64,000 nucleotides of DNA from Halobacteriales archaeon (GTDB lineage: Archaea > Halobacteriota > Halobacteria > Halobacteriales > Hikarchaeaceae), in NCBI GenBank assembly GCA_034521615.1, contig JAXHME010000022.1:723-64722 (forward strand). Reading direction: 5' to 3'. Position numbers and translations under genes: made by a program. Below are positions 9,630 through 19,831 of the stretch, in pieces. Numbering within the stretch: the first letter of the stretch is position 1; the number at the start of each line of letters is the position of its first letter. The notes beneath the pieces are model-generated. The model made no database searches. It was not told the DNA's origin and saw nothing but the letters and a program-made list of their open reading frames with translations.

Positions 9630-12211
9630 CGCCCTCGAGGAGCATGTCGCGGTGGTCGACCCGCCGCCAGTTCGGCTCGCCGTCGAGGCCCTCGACGGGG
9701 AAGCGCTTCTCGCCACTTCGGTACGTGTTCAGCTCCTCGAGGCGCTCGTCGACGAACGCCTCGAACGCGTCGAGGTCGTCGGCGAAGAAGTTCGCGTCGC
9801 GGACGTCCGCGAGGTAGCTGAGCGCCTGGGCGCAGCCGTTCTCGACGTAGCTGTAGTCGCCGACCGCCGCGCTGAGTCGGTGGTGCAGCGCCTCGCCGAG
9901 CGCGGAGTCCATCACCTCGGCCTTCGTGCTCCCCTCGGGGAACGGGTGCTCGGCCAGCACCTCGGCGTAGCTCCCGTACTCGATCTGGTCGAGCGTCTTC
10001 CGGCAGTCGCCCGAGCCCGCCTCGCGGAGCTCCTCGAACACCGCCTCCCGGGCGATGTACGCCTCGAACGTCACCGGGTGGTAGGTGACGGTCGCCAGGC
10101 AGTCCTCGAGGTTCGCCTCCCCGGCCACCACGTCGTCGAGCGTCTCGAGGAAGTGGAAGAAGGTGAACGAGAGCGTCTCGCCGGGGTTCAGCTCCCGGAG
10201 GTACGCCAGGTAGGCCAGCGCCTGGAAGTTCGGCGTGTCGCTCGGCGGGTCGAGCGTCGAGTTCGAGACGACCTGGCTGGCCGAGTAGTGCTTCCCGCTC
10301 TTGTAGTCGAGCAGCTCGGCCGGCGAGTGGACGAGGTCGATCTTGCCCTTGAGCCCCAACTCGGTGTCGTCGAACCACCACTCGGTGTGGGGCGCGTCGA
10401 CGTCCAGGCCGAGGTGGTCGGCGACGTCGTTGGTCCACCAGCCCCGGCTCCCGGCCAGGAAGCCCGCGCCCTCGGGCGGGTTCGCGTCGAGGAACTCGAC
10501 GATGGTCTCGAGGCCGATCCGGTAGCGCGTCTCGTTGGTCTCGCGGTCGACCTCGCGGTCGAACGGCCGGGTGGTCTCGAGCATGAGCTCGAGGACCGAC
10601 TCCATCGAGCGTCGCCTCGTCGATCTCCTCGGGGTGGTTGACGTACACCTCCGCGAAGTCGTGGAAGAGGTTCCCGACGGCGAAGTAGTCCTTGTCGGGG
10701 CCGTCGACGAGCCGGTTGAACAGGTGGTCGCGGGGGCAGTTGGCCAGCCGGTTCAGCCCGGACTGGCTGATCGAATCGACGGGGTCGTGCTCGATCCCGA
10801 GCGGTTCGCGGTCGAAGCCGTCACGGGTTCCCTGGTAGGTCCGGGCGTGCTCCACCGACTCGAGGTCGGAGAACTGCTCGAAGGACTCGTCGAGCAGCTC
10901 CTCGAAGTAGAGACACGGCGTCACGGCCCGGCCGCCGCGCTCGTCGAGGACGAGGTAGTACTGCTCGACGCCGTTCTGGAGCAGCCGCTGGAACTGCTGG
11001 AGGTTCCGGGTGTACTCGGCGTCGCGGTCGACCCAGGGCCGCCGCGGCGAGGCGTGCGTCCAGCCCTCGTCCATCCCGAGGTAGAACACCGCCGGGCGGT
11101 CGACGGTCGCGGCGGTCGTCGCGTCGGCGAGCAGCACGCCCTCGTTGTCCCGGTCGACGGGCACCTCGTAGCTGTCGAGGTAGAACGCCAGCCGGTCGAC
11201 GGCGGCCTCGGTGACGGGCTCGCCAAGCAGGCCCAGCTCGTCGAGCTCGTCGTGGAAGGCATCGAGGTCCACGGTCGCGGCGTCGTCGAACGCGTCGACG
11301 GCCCCCTCGAAGGTGCGGTCCCCGATCCCGGCGCAGAACTCCCTGAGCCACGCGACCTCGGGCCGGTCGAGGGCGTGCAGGCGCTTCTCGTCGTGCTCGA
11401 CGTCGACGTCCGCGCCGAGGCGCTCGAGGATCGGCCGGACGTCCGCGATGCGTGTTCCGCTCCCCGAGTGCGCGGTCCGGAGCAGCCGGAGGAACGCCCG
11501 GTGGTCGGGCTCGTCGGTGAAGCCCGGGCCGCCGTAGAAGGGGATCTCCGCGGCCTCGAGGGCGGCCTCGACGAGCGGGGAGTACTCGCTCGACCGGTCG
11601 AGCACGATCGCCACCCGGTCGGCGTTCTCGGCGGTCACGCTGTCGAGGATGGTGTCGACGATGGCGGCCGGCGAGTCGAACAGGCGGAACGGCGGCAGGT
11701 CGAACGGCTCGTCGGTGAACGGATCGACGACGTCGTACTCATCGGGCAGGATCGACCGCTCGAGCGCGGTGAACTCCTCGAGGCCGACGACCGCGACGTC
11801 CTGGTCCGCGTCGATCTGGTAGCCGGCCAGCCGGCTCGACGTCGTGTCGAGGTCGCGCATGATCTCGAGCACGGCCTCCGTGGCCGGCGTCGCGTAGGCG
11901 TCGTACTCCAGGATGGCGTCCAGCTCGCCCTGGTTGTCCCAGCACTGGAGGACGTTCCCGATGGCGTGGGCCGCCTCCTTCCACGACAGCTCGGTCTCCT
12001 GGATCACCTTGAGGAAGGCGACGCGGTCCTCGGCGGTCTCCCGGCGGCCCGCGGCGAGCCGGCGCGGCGTGATCGCGAACGGCCCGAAGTGGGCGTGGTC
12101 GAGCCGGCGGTTGATGGCGCTCGCCAGCGGGGGGTCGGGGACGAGGACGAGGTCGTAGCCGGCGACCTCGTCGTAGAGTTCGTCAACCGGTTTCGCCCGG
12201 TCGATCGTCAC
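9622..12211 (-). CDS. AddB-like protein (degenerate helicase body plus PD-(D/E)xK nuclease); frameshift near 10608
   Basis: ORFs 9530..12211 and 9622..10605 join. Motifs ISQSGLNRLANCPR, GNLFHDFAE, GKIDLV...LLDYKSG...FQALAY. Overlaps the helicase start by 8 bp. Confidence 0.85.
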
Positions 12212-12255
12212 GGCCTACCCAGATTCGTTCGGTGGTAGTAGTTTGGAGGGGTGCT

Positions 12256-12580
12256 CTAACGGCTGACCGCGGCATCTATCGGATCGAGTTCATTCGGGCC
12301 TATGGTTAGTGCGATATTCAGCTGGTGCAGTTCAATCTCCAGTAGGCTTGCACGATTGCCGTGCTGCATGCATGGCGCGAGTCTTGCACGGGCATTGGGA
12401 GTCCTTGAGCGATATCTACACCCTCTGTAGTGATCACTGATTTCAGATCGACTCCGTGCGCGACGTATGGTCTGAGTGGAACAAGTCCAAAATAGTATGG
12501 CATAAATCGATTGTCGACTTCGTGGGTAATCGTCACACGGTCGTCGATATCGCCAAGAAACCACCCTTCACACGAAGACG
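12256..12580 (-). pseudogene. AT-rich gene fragment of unknown function
   Basis: Overlapping short ORFs (12318..12536 and 12256..12564) with atypical composition and no clear start. Confidence 0.25.
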
Positions 12581-12621
12581 CGCTAATGCCGCGACTGGCA
12601 GGTCGATCCTTTCAAAATATA

Positions 12622-13323
12622 CTAACTAGCGTGATAGGTCACCGTCACCGTTGCCGTTACGGTCACCGGCCCAGGATCGAACGTCGTCCCCGCACCTTGT
12701 CTCAGTTCGGCCACGAACGGGCCGTCCCAGCTATCACTCGTTTCGACAGAGACCACGGCATCGATCTCGATGTCGTTGGCGTCAGCGATGACGTCCGCAT
12801 CAGCCCTCGCGTTCGACATCGCCGCCCGGAGGGCATCGTCTCGAAGCTCGCGTCGTGTCTCGTCGGTTAGGGTGAACTCGACTCCGTCGATACGAGTCGC
12901 GCCGACTGTCGTTACGGCATCGACGATCTCTCCAGCCTCCTCAACGGAAACTCGGACCTCGAGCCCGTGGACCGCGCGATAGGTCACAGAGCCGTTCTCT
13001 GATTTCTCCGAATCGATGACGAAGAAGGTCGTCCGGACCTGTTCACCTGAGACGTTCATTTCACTGAGGGCTGACCTGACCTCGGACGTATTGTTAGCGA
13101 CGAAATCACCGGCGGACTCAGCCGATCCGGCGGATGCCTCGATGGCGAGGTGGATGACAGCTACATCCGGGGGCGCACTCACGGCACCGTCGGCCCCGAC
13201 GGTAATGGAGACGTTGCCGGCAGCGCCCATCTCCTGCCCACCCGCGGGACCGACGGCGGCGAGGCTCGCGAGTAGCACGATACTGATCGTGCCGATGACG
13301 ATGAGTTTCCTGCGTGGGTGCAT
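12622..13323 (-). CDS. SIMPL (DUF541) domain secreted protein
   Basis: Signal peptide; ITVGADGAVSAPPDVA; ELRDDALRAAMSNARADADVIA; PGPVTVTATVTVTY. Confidence 0.85.
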   Translation of the reverse strand: MHPRRKLIVIGTISIVLLASLAAVGPAGGQEMGAAGNVSITVGADGAVSAPPDVAVIHLAIEASAGSAESAGDFVANNTSEVRSALSEMNVSGEQVRTTFFVIDSEKSENGSVTYRAVHGLEVRVSVEEAGEIVDAVTTVGATRIDGVEFTLTDETRRELRDDALRAAMSNARADADVIADANDIEIDAVVSVETSDSWDGPFVAELRQGAGTTFDPGPVTVTATVTVTYHAS

Positions 13324-13411
13324 ACCCTACCGGACGACATCACCCGGCATTGTTCGCGCCTGCTTATCCGAGGTACCGCCGGCTTACCGGCGAAGATTGC
13401 GGAAAGAAGTC

Positions 13412-13858
13412 TCAGTCGGATTCGATTTCGATGCGGCGCGCCTCTTCCGTCGGTTCGGCCTTCGGAACCGTGATGGTGAGGATGCCGTTCTTCAGTCGGG
13501 CGGTAACGCCCTCGGCAGTGACGTCCGAGGGAAGCGGGATGGATCGGGATTGGGATACCCGGCGCCGTTCGCGCCGGAGATACTTGTCGTCTCCTTCCTC
13601 CGCCTCCTCGCGGCGTTCCGCTTCTATCCACAGCGTTCGGTCGGAGACCCGGACGTCGATCTCGTTCCGGTCGTACCCCGGCACATCCACCGTGATGACG
13701 AACTCATCGCCCTCATCGAGGATGTCCAGGGCCATCTCGTGCTCGCCGAACCAGGAGTCTTCACCCTCGTCACGCCACCACGATGCGTCCTGGACCTGGC
13801 GGTTCAATCGATCGAATACCCGTTCCAACTCGTAGAACGGGTTGATCCGCGAGCTCAT
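13412..13858 (-). CDS. Small heat-shock protein Hsp20
   Basis: DILDEGDEFVITVDVPG...YLRRER...RSIPLP...ARLKNGILTITVPK. Confidence 0.95.
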   Translation of the reverse strand: MSSRINPFYELERVFDRLNRQVQDASWWRDEGEDSWFGEHEMALDILDEGDEFVITVDVPGYDRNEIDVRVSDRTLWIEAERREEAEEGDDKYLRRERRRVSQSRSIPLPSDVTAEGVTARLKNGILTITVPKAEPTEEARRIEIESD

Positions 13859-14486
13859 GTCGACCCACGCCCCGCTTCTGAACAGTTTTGCGACATTGCT
13901 TCTTCCCCTTCATTCGACCGAATACTCGTTATTTCACTGGTACTCGACCCCTGGAGCCAGTACGGTTCACCTATCACTCCCCGGTGAACGGCGTCCAAGA
14001 TCACTTTTCAGTAATATCGGAATTATCACATATGAGGTCAGCCACGCGTTTACGTCGAGCCGACAGCTCCGATTGGAGTGATTCGAACGTCAGGGGTACG
14101 GTCGAGCGAGTCTCTCGAAGACTTGCGTCCGCGCCTTCGAACTGGGTTCCCGAAGCGTCCACTGAGGGCTCGTGTCGCGCGTGGTTATCGCGACGTTCTT
14201 CCACCATGGCTGGCACCTCTTACTCGCCTCCAGGCGGAAGCTGCCGTAGTAACGGTGGGTCTAACGGCTTGGTAGGATGTTCCTACCGTGCTCAGGATTC
14301 ATCCATCATCGCCTATCGATGGATAGAGGGACCTGCTCATCTCGGGAAATCCTTCGTGGCAGGATGCCCCTCGCTCATCGAGAGTTTATAGCGGGGCACG
14401 AATCCCTGACCCTGAGGAAGACCTGATTGCCGATGAGCGGGAACTGTCCCGCTAACTAATTCCTCACGGTCGCTTGGTCGTTGGCG

Positions 14487-14780
14487 ATGGCCCATCGACG
14501 GAGCCGCCTCAAGCTCGACCATCAGGGACTCGTCGTCAATGCGGACATCCGAACGGCGAAACTCTCGCCCGAGTCGCTCGTCGAGCAGCCAGAGATCGTC
14601 CGACGGGATCAACAGTCTGGCTCGTTGGTCATCCGACAGATTCTACGACAAAGCGAGCGGCGAACCCCTCGAGGACGGGTACGGATACCGGTGGGTGAAC
14701 GAAGACGGCGAGGAGGTTCCATCCGAGGACCTCAAGCTCTACGCCGTCGAGGACGATGAGGAACGACCGTTCTCGATGGT
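14487..14780 (+). pseudogene. N-terminal fragment of a possible Ku-like protein
   Basis: MAHRRSRLKLDHQGLVVNADIRTAKL...LVIRQ/FYDKASGEPLEDGYGYRWVNEDGEEVPSEDLKLY. The YRWVNEDGEEVPxED segment resembles the Ku bridge region. Confidence 0.4.
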
Positions 14781-15174
14781 CGAGCCCGTATCATCTCGGA
14801 ACGCGGTCGGCCCACTGGCAGAAGGTGAAGGCGTTCACGGAGGCGGATGTCCTCATCGTCGGGATCACCGAGGGCGAAGGCAGGCGGTCGGTGACGTTCG
14901 GCGCGCTGGTGATGACCGACGGCACCCGATATGTGGGTCGAGTCGGATCCGGATTCTCCGAGGACGAGCTGGAGTCGATCGCCGAAACGGTGAGGCCGAC
15001 CGACCAACGTCGAGTCTCTCCCGCGAGGTCGGTCAGCCATATACGCCCGTGGAACCGTTCGTGGCCGCAGTGAAATACCAGGCCGTCACGGATTCCGGCA
15101 CCCTCAGAGCACCCGTCTTCCTCCGATTGCGGCCCGATAAACCGATCGGGGACGTGCAGGAGATCAGTTACTGA
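14780..15174 (+). pseudogene. C-terminal OB domain of an ATP-dependent DNA ligase (LigC/LigD type), 5'-truncated
   Basis: SPYHLGTRSAHWQKVK (motif V), IVGITEGEGRR..FGAL, YVGRVGSGFS, LRAPVFLRLRPDK (motif VI). The adenylation domain (KxDG) is absent. Confidence 0.8.
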
Positions 15175-15341
15175 CCATCTGGAGGCGGATTGGCCCTCAG
15201 TTGCGACTGGAGAGGCCCTGGTCTCCTTCGGACCGGGAGGTCGGTCTTTCCTCAGTCGGTGATAAATTCGCCGAGCGGGATACCGGGGTGGAATTACCCC
15301 TGGAATCCCGACAGTATCGGACTCGTGAGTTCTTCGGATCG

Positions 15342-15755
15342 TCAGTCGTCTGCCGCCGCCTGCTGTTGTTGTTCGATGTGCGTTGCGATCTCGTCACACT
15401 CGGTCCTGAAGGCATCCAACTCGACTTCGTTGCCGTGGAGAATCGTCGAGAAGTATTCCGTTGTACCGCCGAGGTTGACGGCTTCCTTGAGTTCCGCATC
15501 CGTGACGCCGGCTAACCCGGCCTCCACTTTATGGAAATAGGCACAGTACGGACAGCTGATCGCGGACGCGACGCCGACACCGATGAGCGCCTTTTCGCGG
15601 GGGGAGAGGTCCGTGACCTCGCCGAGCTGGAGATCGCGGAAGATCCCCCAACTGTGGTCACTCGCCTGGTCGGCGAGGTGTTCCATGAAACTGGGGACTT
15701 GGCCGAGTGTTTCTTCCATTTCTTGCCGTGATTGTTCGGACATCATGGTCGACAT
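15342..15755 (-). CDS. Carboxymuconolactone decarboxylase / AhpD-like protein
   Basis: LSPREKALIGVGVASAISCPYCAYFH carries the CxxC-xxxH AhpD motif. Confidence 0.85.
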   Translation of the reverse strand: MSTMMSEQSRQEMEETLGQVPSFMEHLADQASDHSWGIFRDLQLGEVTDLSPREKALIGVGVASAISCPYCAYFHKVEAGLAGVTDAELKEAVNLGGTTEYFSTILHGNEVELDAFRTECDEIATHIEQQQQAAADD

Positions 15756-16121
15756 ATACCCCGGGAACCCCGCATCAGGACGTGGGTGTCCAGGGGTATG
15801 AGCTCCCCATACGCGACGCGCCACTATCGTAATTTGATCGCTTCATCGGGTAGGAACGGCTTGTGACGCAAACGCATTGATAGTCGGTACGGCTTCCTCC
15901 CACGCTGCAGTTCGGTTGTTGGACTCCTCCATGCCGGGAAAGCATTCAGGACGCCCTTTCGGCTCAAGCGGCCTCTTAGCTCCCCGATCCAATGGACCCA
16001 ATCGGGTCAAATACGCGGAACATACCGAGAAAGGAAACCAGCACGTGAGGACATAACGAAGAATGTCGATATCCACCCTGCCCGTGGGTGGCGTGCAGCA
16101 CCCAACCACAGGTTGATACAG

Positions 16122-16568
16122 ATGTCCGACACCACCGTAGAAAACGAACGGATCGCCCGGCGCGTTCCCGAGGAAATCGCAACAGAAGGGAAGATCGACC
16201 TCGTTGACGAGGTCTACGCATCGGATGCCGTCGACCACCTTCCCTTCGGCAATGACGCGACCGGCCCCGATCAGATTCGGGAATCCATGCAGACCTACCG
16301 GGCCGCGTTCCCGGACTTCGAGGCCAACGTGGAGGACGTGGTGACCGAGGGAGATACGGTGGCCATGCCGGTGACGCTGAGTGGTATCCACGAGGGCGAG
16401 TTCATGGGCCACGAGCCGACGAACAAGTCGTTCGAGGTGCAAAACATGGTGTTCAACCGCATCGAGGACGGGAGAGTCGCCGAACGTTGGGTCCAACCTG
16501 ACACCCTCGGTATCTTCGTCCAGCTCGGCCTGGTCACTCCTCCTGTCGGGACGTCTCCAACTCCCTAA
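16122..16568 (+). CDS. SnoaL-like ester cyclase (NTF2 fold)
   Basis: AAFPDF...EGDTVA...GIHEGEFMGHEPTNKSF...RIEDGRVAERW. Confidence 0.9.
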   Translation: MSDTTVENERIARRVPEEIATEGKIDLVDEVYASDAVDHLPFGNDATGPDQIRESMQTYRAAFPDFEANVEDVVTEGDTVAMPVTLSGIHEGEFMGHEPTNKSFEVQNMVFNRIEDGRVAERWVQPDTLGIFVQLGLVTPPVGTSPTP

Positions 16569-16787
16569 GGTCAAACTCGGGACCGTCATCGAATGGGTCG
16601 GGTGGACTCCCATCGATTTCGGTCGCAGGGAGGGTTCCCCCGGTATCGCCGCCACGAACCCCTCACTGATCTCATCATCTACCGCACTGAGTGCGCGCCG
16701 ATAGGGCGGGCAACGACCGCGGTGATCGACGCGTCGGCTGTCCCTGACAGCGGGATTGCTGACCGCGATGTTCCATCCTGGGCGGTA

Positions 16788-17200
16788 CTACCCTAATCGC
16801 GTCCCGAGCGCCCCACTGTTCTCGTTACGATACACCCGAACATCGATCTCCGCCGCTCCCGAGCTGTCGGGGATGAAATGGTGGTGATCCCAGTCGCCAG
16901 CGCCGAACTTCAGGCGGACCCGGACGAGGTACCGCTGCAGGGGCGCGATGGCGGGTTTCCGGACGACTCCCGCCGACTCCGATTCCGACGGCGGGGGCAC
17001 CTCGAACTCGCGACGCAGCACCCGGGCCTCGGCTTGGTCAACCCCGTCCTCCCGGAGCAGCTCGACCTGCAGCGGCGTGGCTCGGCGGTGTAGTTCCGGA
17101 GCACGAGCCCGACGTCCTGCCCACAGCCGGTAAGCCCGTTCAAGCAGTCGGTCAGGGGCCCGGTCAACCCGGCTACTCCCGCCAGGATCACCCTCCGTCG
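16788..17200 (-). pseudogene. Tat-type (lipo)protein, frameshifted or degenerate
   Basis: LRRRVILAGVAGLTGPLTDC-like signal, then a shifted frame ending with ORF 16788..17021. No clean start codon. Confidence 0.4.
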
Positions 17201-17582
17201 AAGCGGCCCTATGGAGATAGTTCGGTCGCGACCCTTCGAGCTGGCTTGCCCCGTGACTGGATTGACGCCGGCCGCGTCGCGTCGGTTCTCGGGTTCGGCG
17301 TTTCGGGTATTTTCCTCGTATCCTGGTTGCCTCATGGAGGGGGGTGATTCCGGCGGGTACTCACAGGTTCGTGGAGCGGTACCGGCCAAGGGGGTTCGAT
17401 CAGAGGCGGTTCGCTTGGGGGCCGTTCGTCCAGGCGGCGCCTTGAGTTCGATGAAGCCTGAAAGAGCGACTTTCGCCACCGTCCCTTGCCAGCGGAGGGC
17501 CGCCGTGTCCCCCGATTCCTACGTCCACACCGGCGTGTTCGGAACCCCACAGTTTAGGAGCGTACGGAGCCTCGGCAGGGTA

Positions 17583-18839
17583 ATGGACGCGATCCCCTCC
17601 GCCGGCGAGCAGGCCCTGGGCTGGGTCCGGGACTTCTCGCCGGTCCTGACCGCCATCGCCGAGGAGTACGAGGACGAGGCGCCGTTCGACGGCTACACGT
17701 TCGCCGTGTCGGCGCCGCTGACGCCGCACACGGGGGTCTTCATCGAGACGATCTGGCGGGCCGGCGGCGAGGTCGCCTTCGTCGGCGAGCCGGGGACGAA
17801 CCACGCCGGCGTCATCGAGGAGCTCGACGCCCGCGAGGGACTCACCGCCTACGTCGAGCCGGACATGCCGCGGGAGGGCTACAAGGAGGCCCACCGAAAG
17901 CTGCTCACGGAGGCCCGGCCCGACTTCATCTTCGACGACGGCTGTGCGCTCACCGCGACCGCCCACGCGGAGCTTCCCGAGATCGCGGCCGACGTCCTCG
18001 GGGGCGCCGAGCAGACGACCTCGGGGATCACCCGACTGGAGGCCATGGAGCGCGCGGGCGCGCTCGAGTTCCCGGTCTACGGCGTGAACGACACGCCCAT
18101 GAAGCACTACTTCGACAACGTCCACGGCACGAGCGAGAGCACGCTCGCGAGCATCTTCCGGACGACGAACACGATGCTCTCGGGCAAGACCGTCGTCGTC
18201 GCGGGCTACGGCTTCTGCGGCCGCGGGCTCGCCCGGAAGGCGAAAGGCATCGGGGCGAACACCATCGTCACCGAGGTGGATCCGCGAAAGGCCCTCGAGG
18301 CGCTCACCGACGGCCACCGCGTCATGCCGATGGCCGAGGCCGTCGCCGAGGCGGACTACGTGCTGCCGGTCACGGGGAGCGTCCACGCCGTCCGGGGCGA
18401 GCATTTCGAGCGGATGGCCGACGGCGTGATCGTCGCGTCGGCGGGCACCGGCCACGAGATCGACGTCGGCGAGCTGGCGGAGCTGGCGGCCGATACCACC
18501 GAGCCCCGCGAAGGCGTGACCCGCTATCACCTCACGGACGGTCGGCGGATCAACCTGCTCGCCGACGGCCTGGTGGTGAACCTGGCGGCGCCGGGCGCCG
18601 AGGGCAACCCCTCCGAGGTGATGGACACCACCTTCGCGATGATGGTCGTCGCCGCCTACGACGTCATCGCCGGGGAGGGCGGCCGCCCGCCGGGGCTCTA
18701 CTCGATCCCCGACCGCCTCGACCGCGACGTCGCCGAGACGAAGCTGGAGACGATGGGCGTCTCGATCGACGAGATGACCGACTGCCAGGTCGACTTCGTG
18801 GACGACTGGGCCCACGAGGGCGACTACGGCTGGTCGTAG
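17583..18839 (+). CDS. Adenosylhomocysteinase-family protein (divergent paralogue)
   Basis: FDDG, EQTTSG, VNDTPMKHYFDNVHGTSES, GYGFCGRG, TEVDPRKALEA, VNLAA, PSEVMD. ATG at 17583. Confidence 0.85.
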   Translation: MDAIPSAGEQALGWVRDFSPVLTAIAEEYEDEAPFDGYTFAVSAPLTPHTGVFIETIWRAGGEVAFVGEPGTNHAGVIEELDAREGLTAYVEPDMPREGYKEAHRKLLTEARPDFIFDDGCALTATAHAELPEIAADVLGGAEQTTSGITRLEAMERAGALEFPVYGVNDTPMKHYFDNVHGTSESTLASIFRTTNTMLSGKTVVVAGYGFCGRGLARKAKGIGANTIVTEVDPRKALEALTDGHRVMPMAEAVAEADYVLPVTGSVHAVRGEHFERMADGVIVASAGTGHEIDVGELAELAADTTEPREGVTRYHLTDGRRINLLADGLVVNLAAPGAEGNPSEVMDTTFAMMVVAAYDVIAGEGGRPPGLYSIPDRLDRDVAETKLETMGVSIDEMTDCQVDFVDDWAHEGDYGWS

Positions 18840-18933
18840 GCCGCCTCCGGCAATCCGGCGACTGACCCGGCCGCCTGGTGAGGGTCGGCCCGCCCGGCCG
18901 ATGGTTTAACGACGCCGCCCGCGAGGCGACGGC

Positions 18934-19435
18934 ATGGCCGACGCCGATCGACCGAACGTGGTGGTGTTCATGGCGGACCAGCTCCGCCACGACCACCTCG
19001 GCTGTGCGGGCAACGACGTCGTCTCGACGCCGAACGTGGACCGGCTGGCCGCCGAGGGGGTCCGGTGCAGCCGATCGTACGTCGGCAACCCGCTCTGCAT
19101 GCCGGCCCGGGCGTCACTCTTCACGGGCCTGCCGCCCCGCAGCCACGGCGTCCGCACCAACGGCATCCCGGTTCCGACCGGCGCCCCCCACCTCGCCGAG
19201 GCGTTCCGCCGGGCCGGCTACCGGACCCACGCCGCCGGCAAGCTCCACCCCCACAACTACTCGCTGCCGCTGGACCACACCGCCGCCCTTCTGGACCGCG
19301 GGGAGCTGACGCTCGACGAGATTCCGCCCGCCTTCCACGACCGGATCGAGCGCGTGCGTCGGCGGTTCGCTGAGACCGACCCCGAGCCTCCCGTGCCCCG
19401 GTGCCCGAGGCGTATCCCGAATCGTCGTTCATGTG
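18934..19435 (+). pseudogene. Truncated formylglycine-dependent sulfatase
   Basis: RPNVVVFMADQLR...CMPARASLFTG (CxPxR)...GYRTHAAGKLH. Homology stops after about 165 aa. Confidence 0.75.
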
Positions 19436-19738
19436 GTCGTGCCCGGGAATTTCGGCGACGAGTTCCGCGACGCCATGGCGGCGTCCGAGTTCACGGAGTT
19501 CGAGGTGCTTCGCCAGCGGGTCGGCAACCGGCTCTACCTGGTCACGAGGGTGTCCGATCCGTCGGCCCAGCGGGCCGTTCTCCTGGCCGGCACGGTCGAT
19601 CTGACCCAGGCGTCAGCGCTCATCGAGGCCGCCGCGGCCGAGGGCCGCATGTACACCCACGTCCAGCGGCTCGACCAGACGCACCTCGGCTCGTTCCGCC
19701 ACGACGACCCCTCGCTGTTCTTCGACGAGCTCGGCTGA
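19433..19738 (+). CDS. Hypothetical protein or 3' remnant of an unrelated gene
   Basis: Acidic 101-aa frame with host-like codons, ending HVQRLDQTHLGSFRHDDPSLFFDELG. Confidence 0.4.
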   Translation: MVVPGNFGDEFRDAMAASEFTEFEVLRQRVGNRLYLVTRVSDPSAQRAVLLAGTVDLTQASALIEAAAAEGRMYTHVQRLDQTHLGSFRHDDPSLFFDELG

Positions 19739-19831
19739 CCCCATCAGGTGATGGAGGTGGTGCGTCGGCCGGCCCCGCCGAAGCGCCAGCCGGGCGGTTC
19801 CACCAACGTGCCGTCTCGGGGGACCGAGCGG

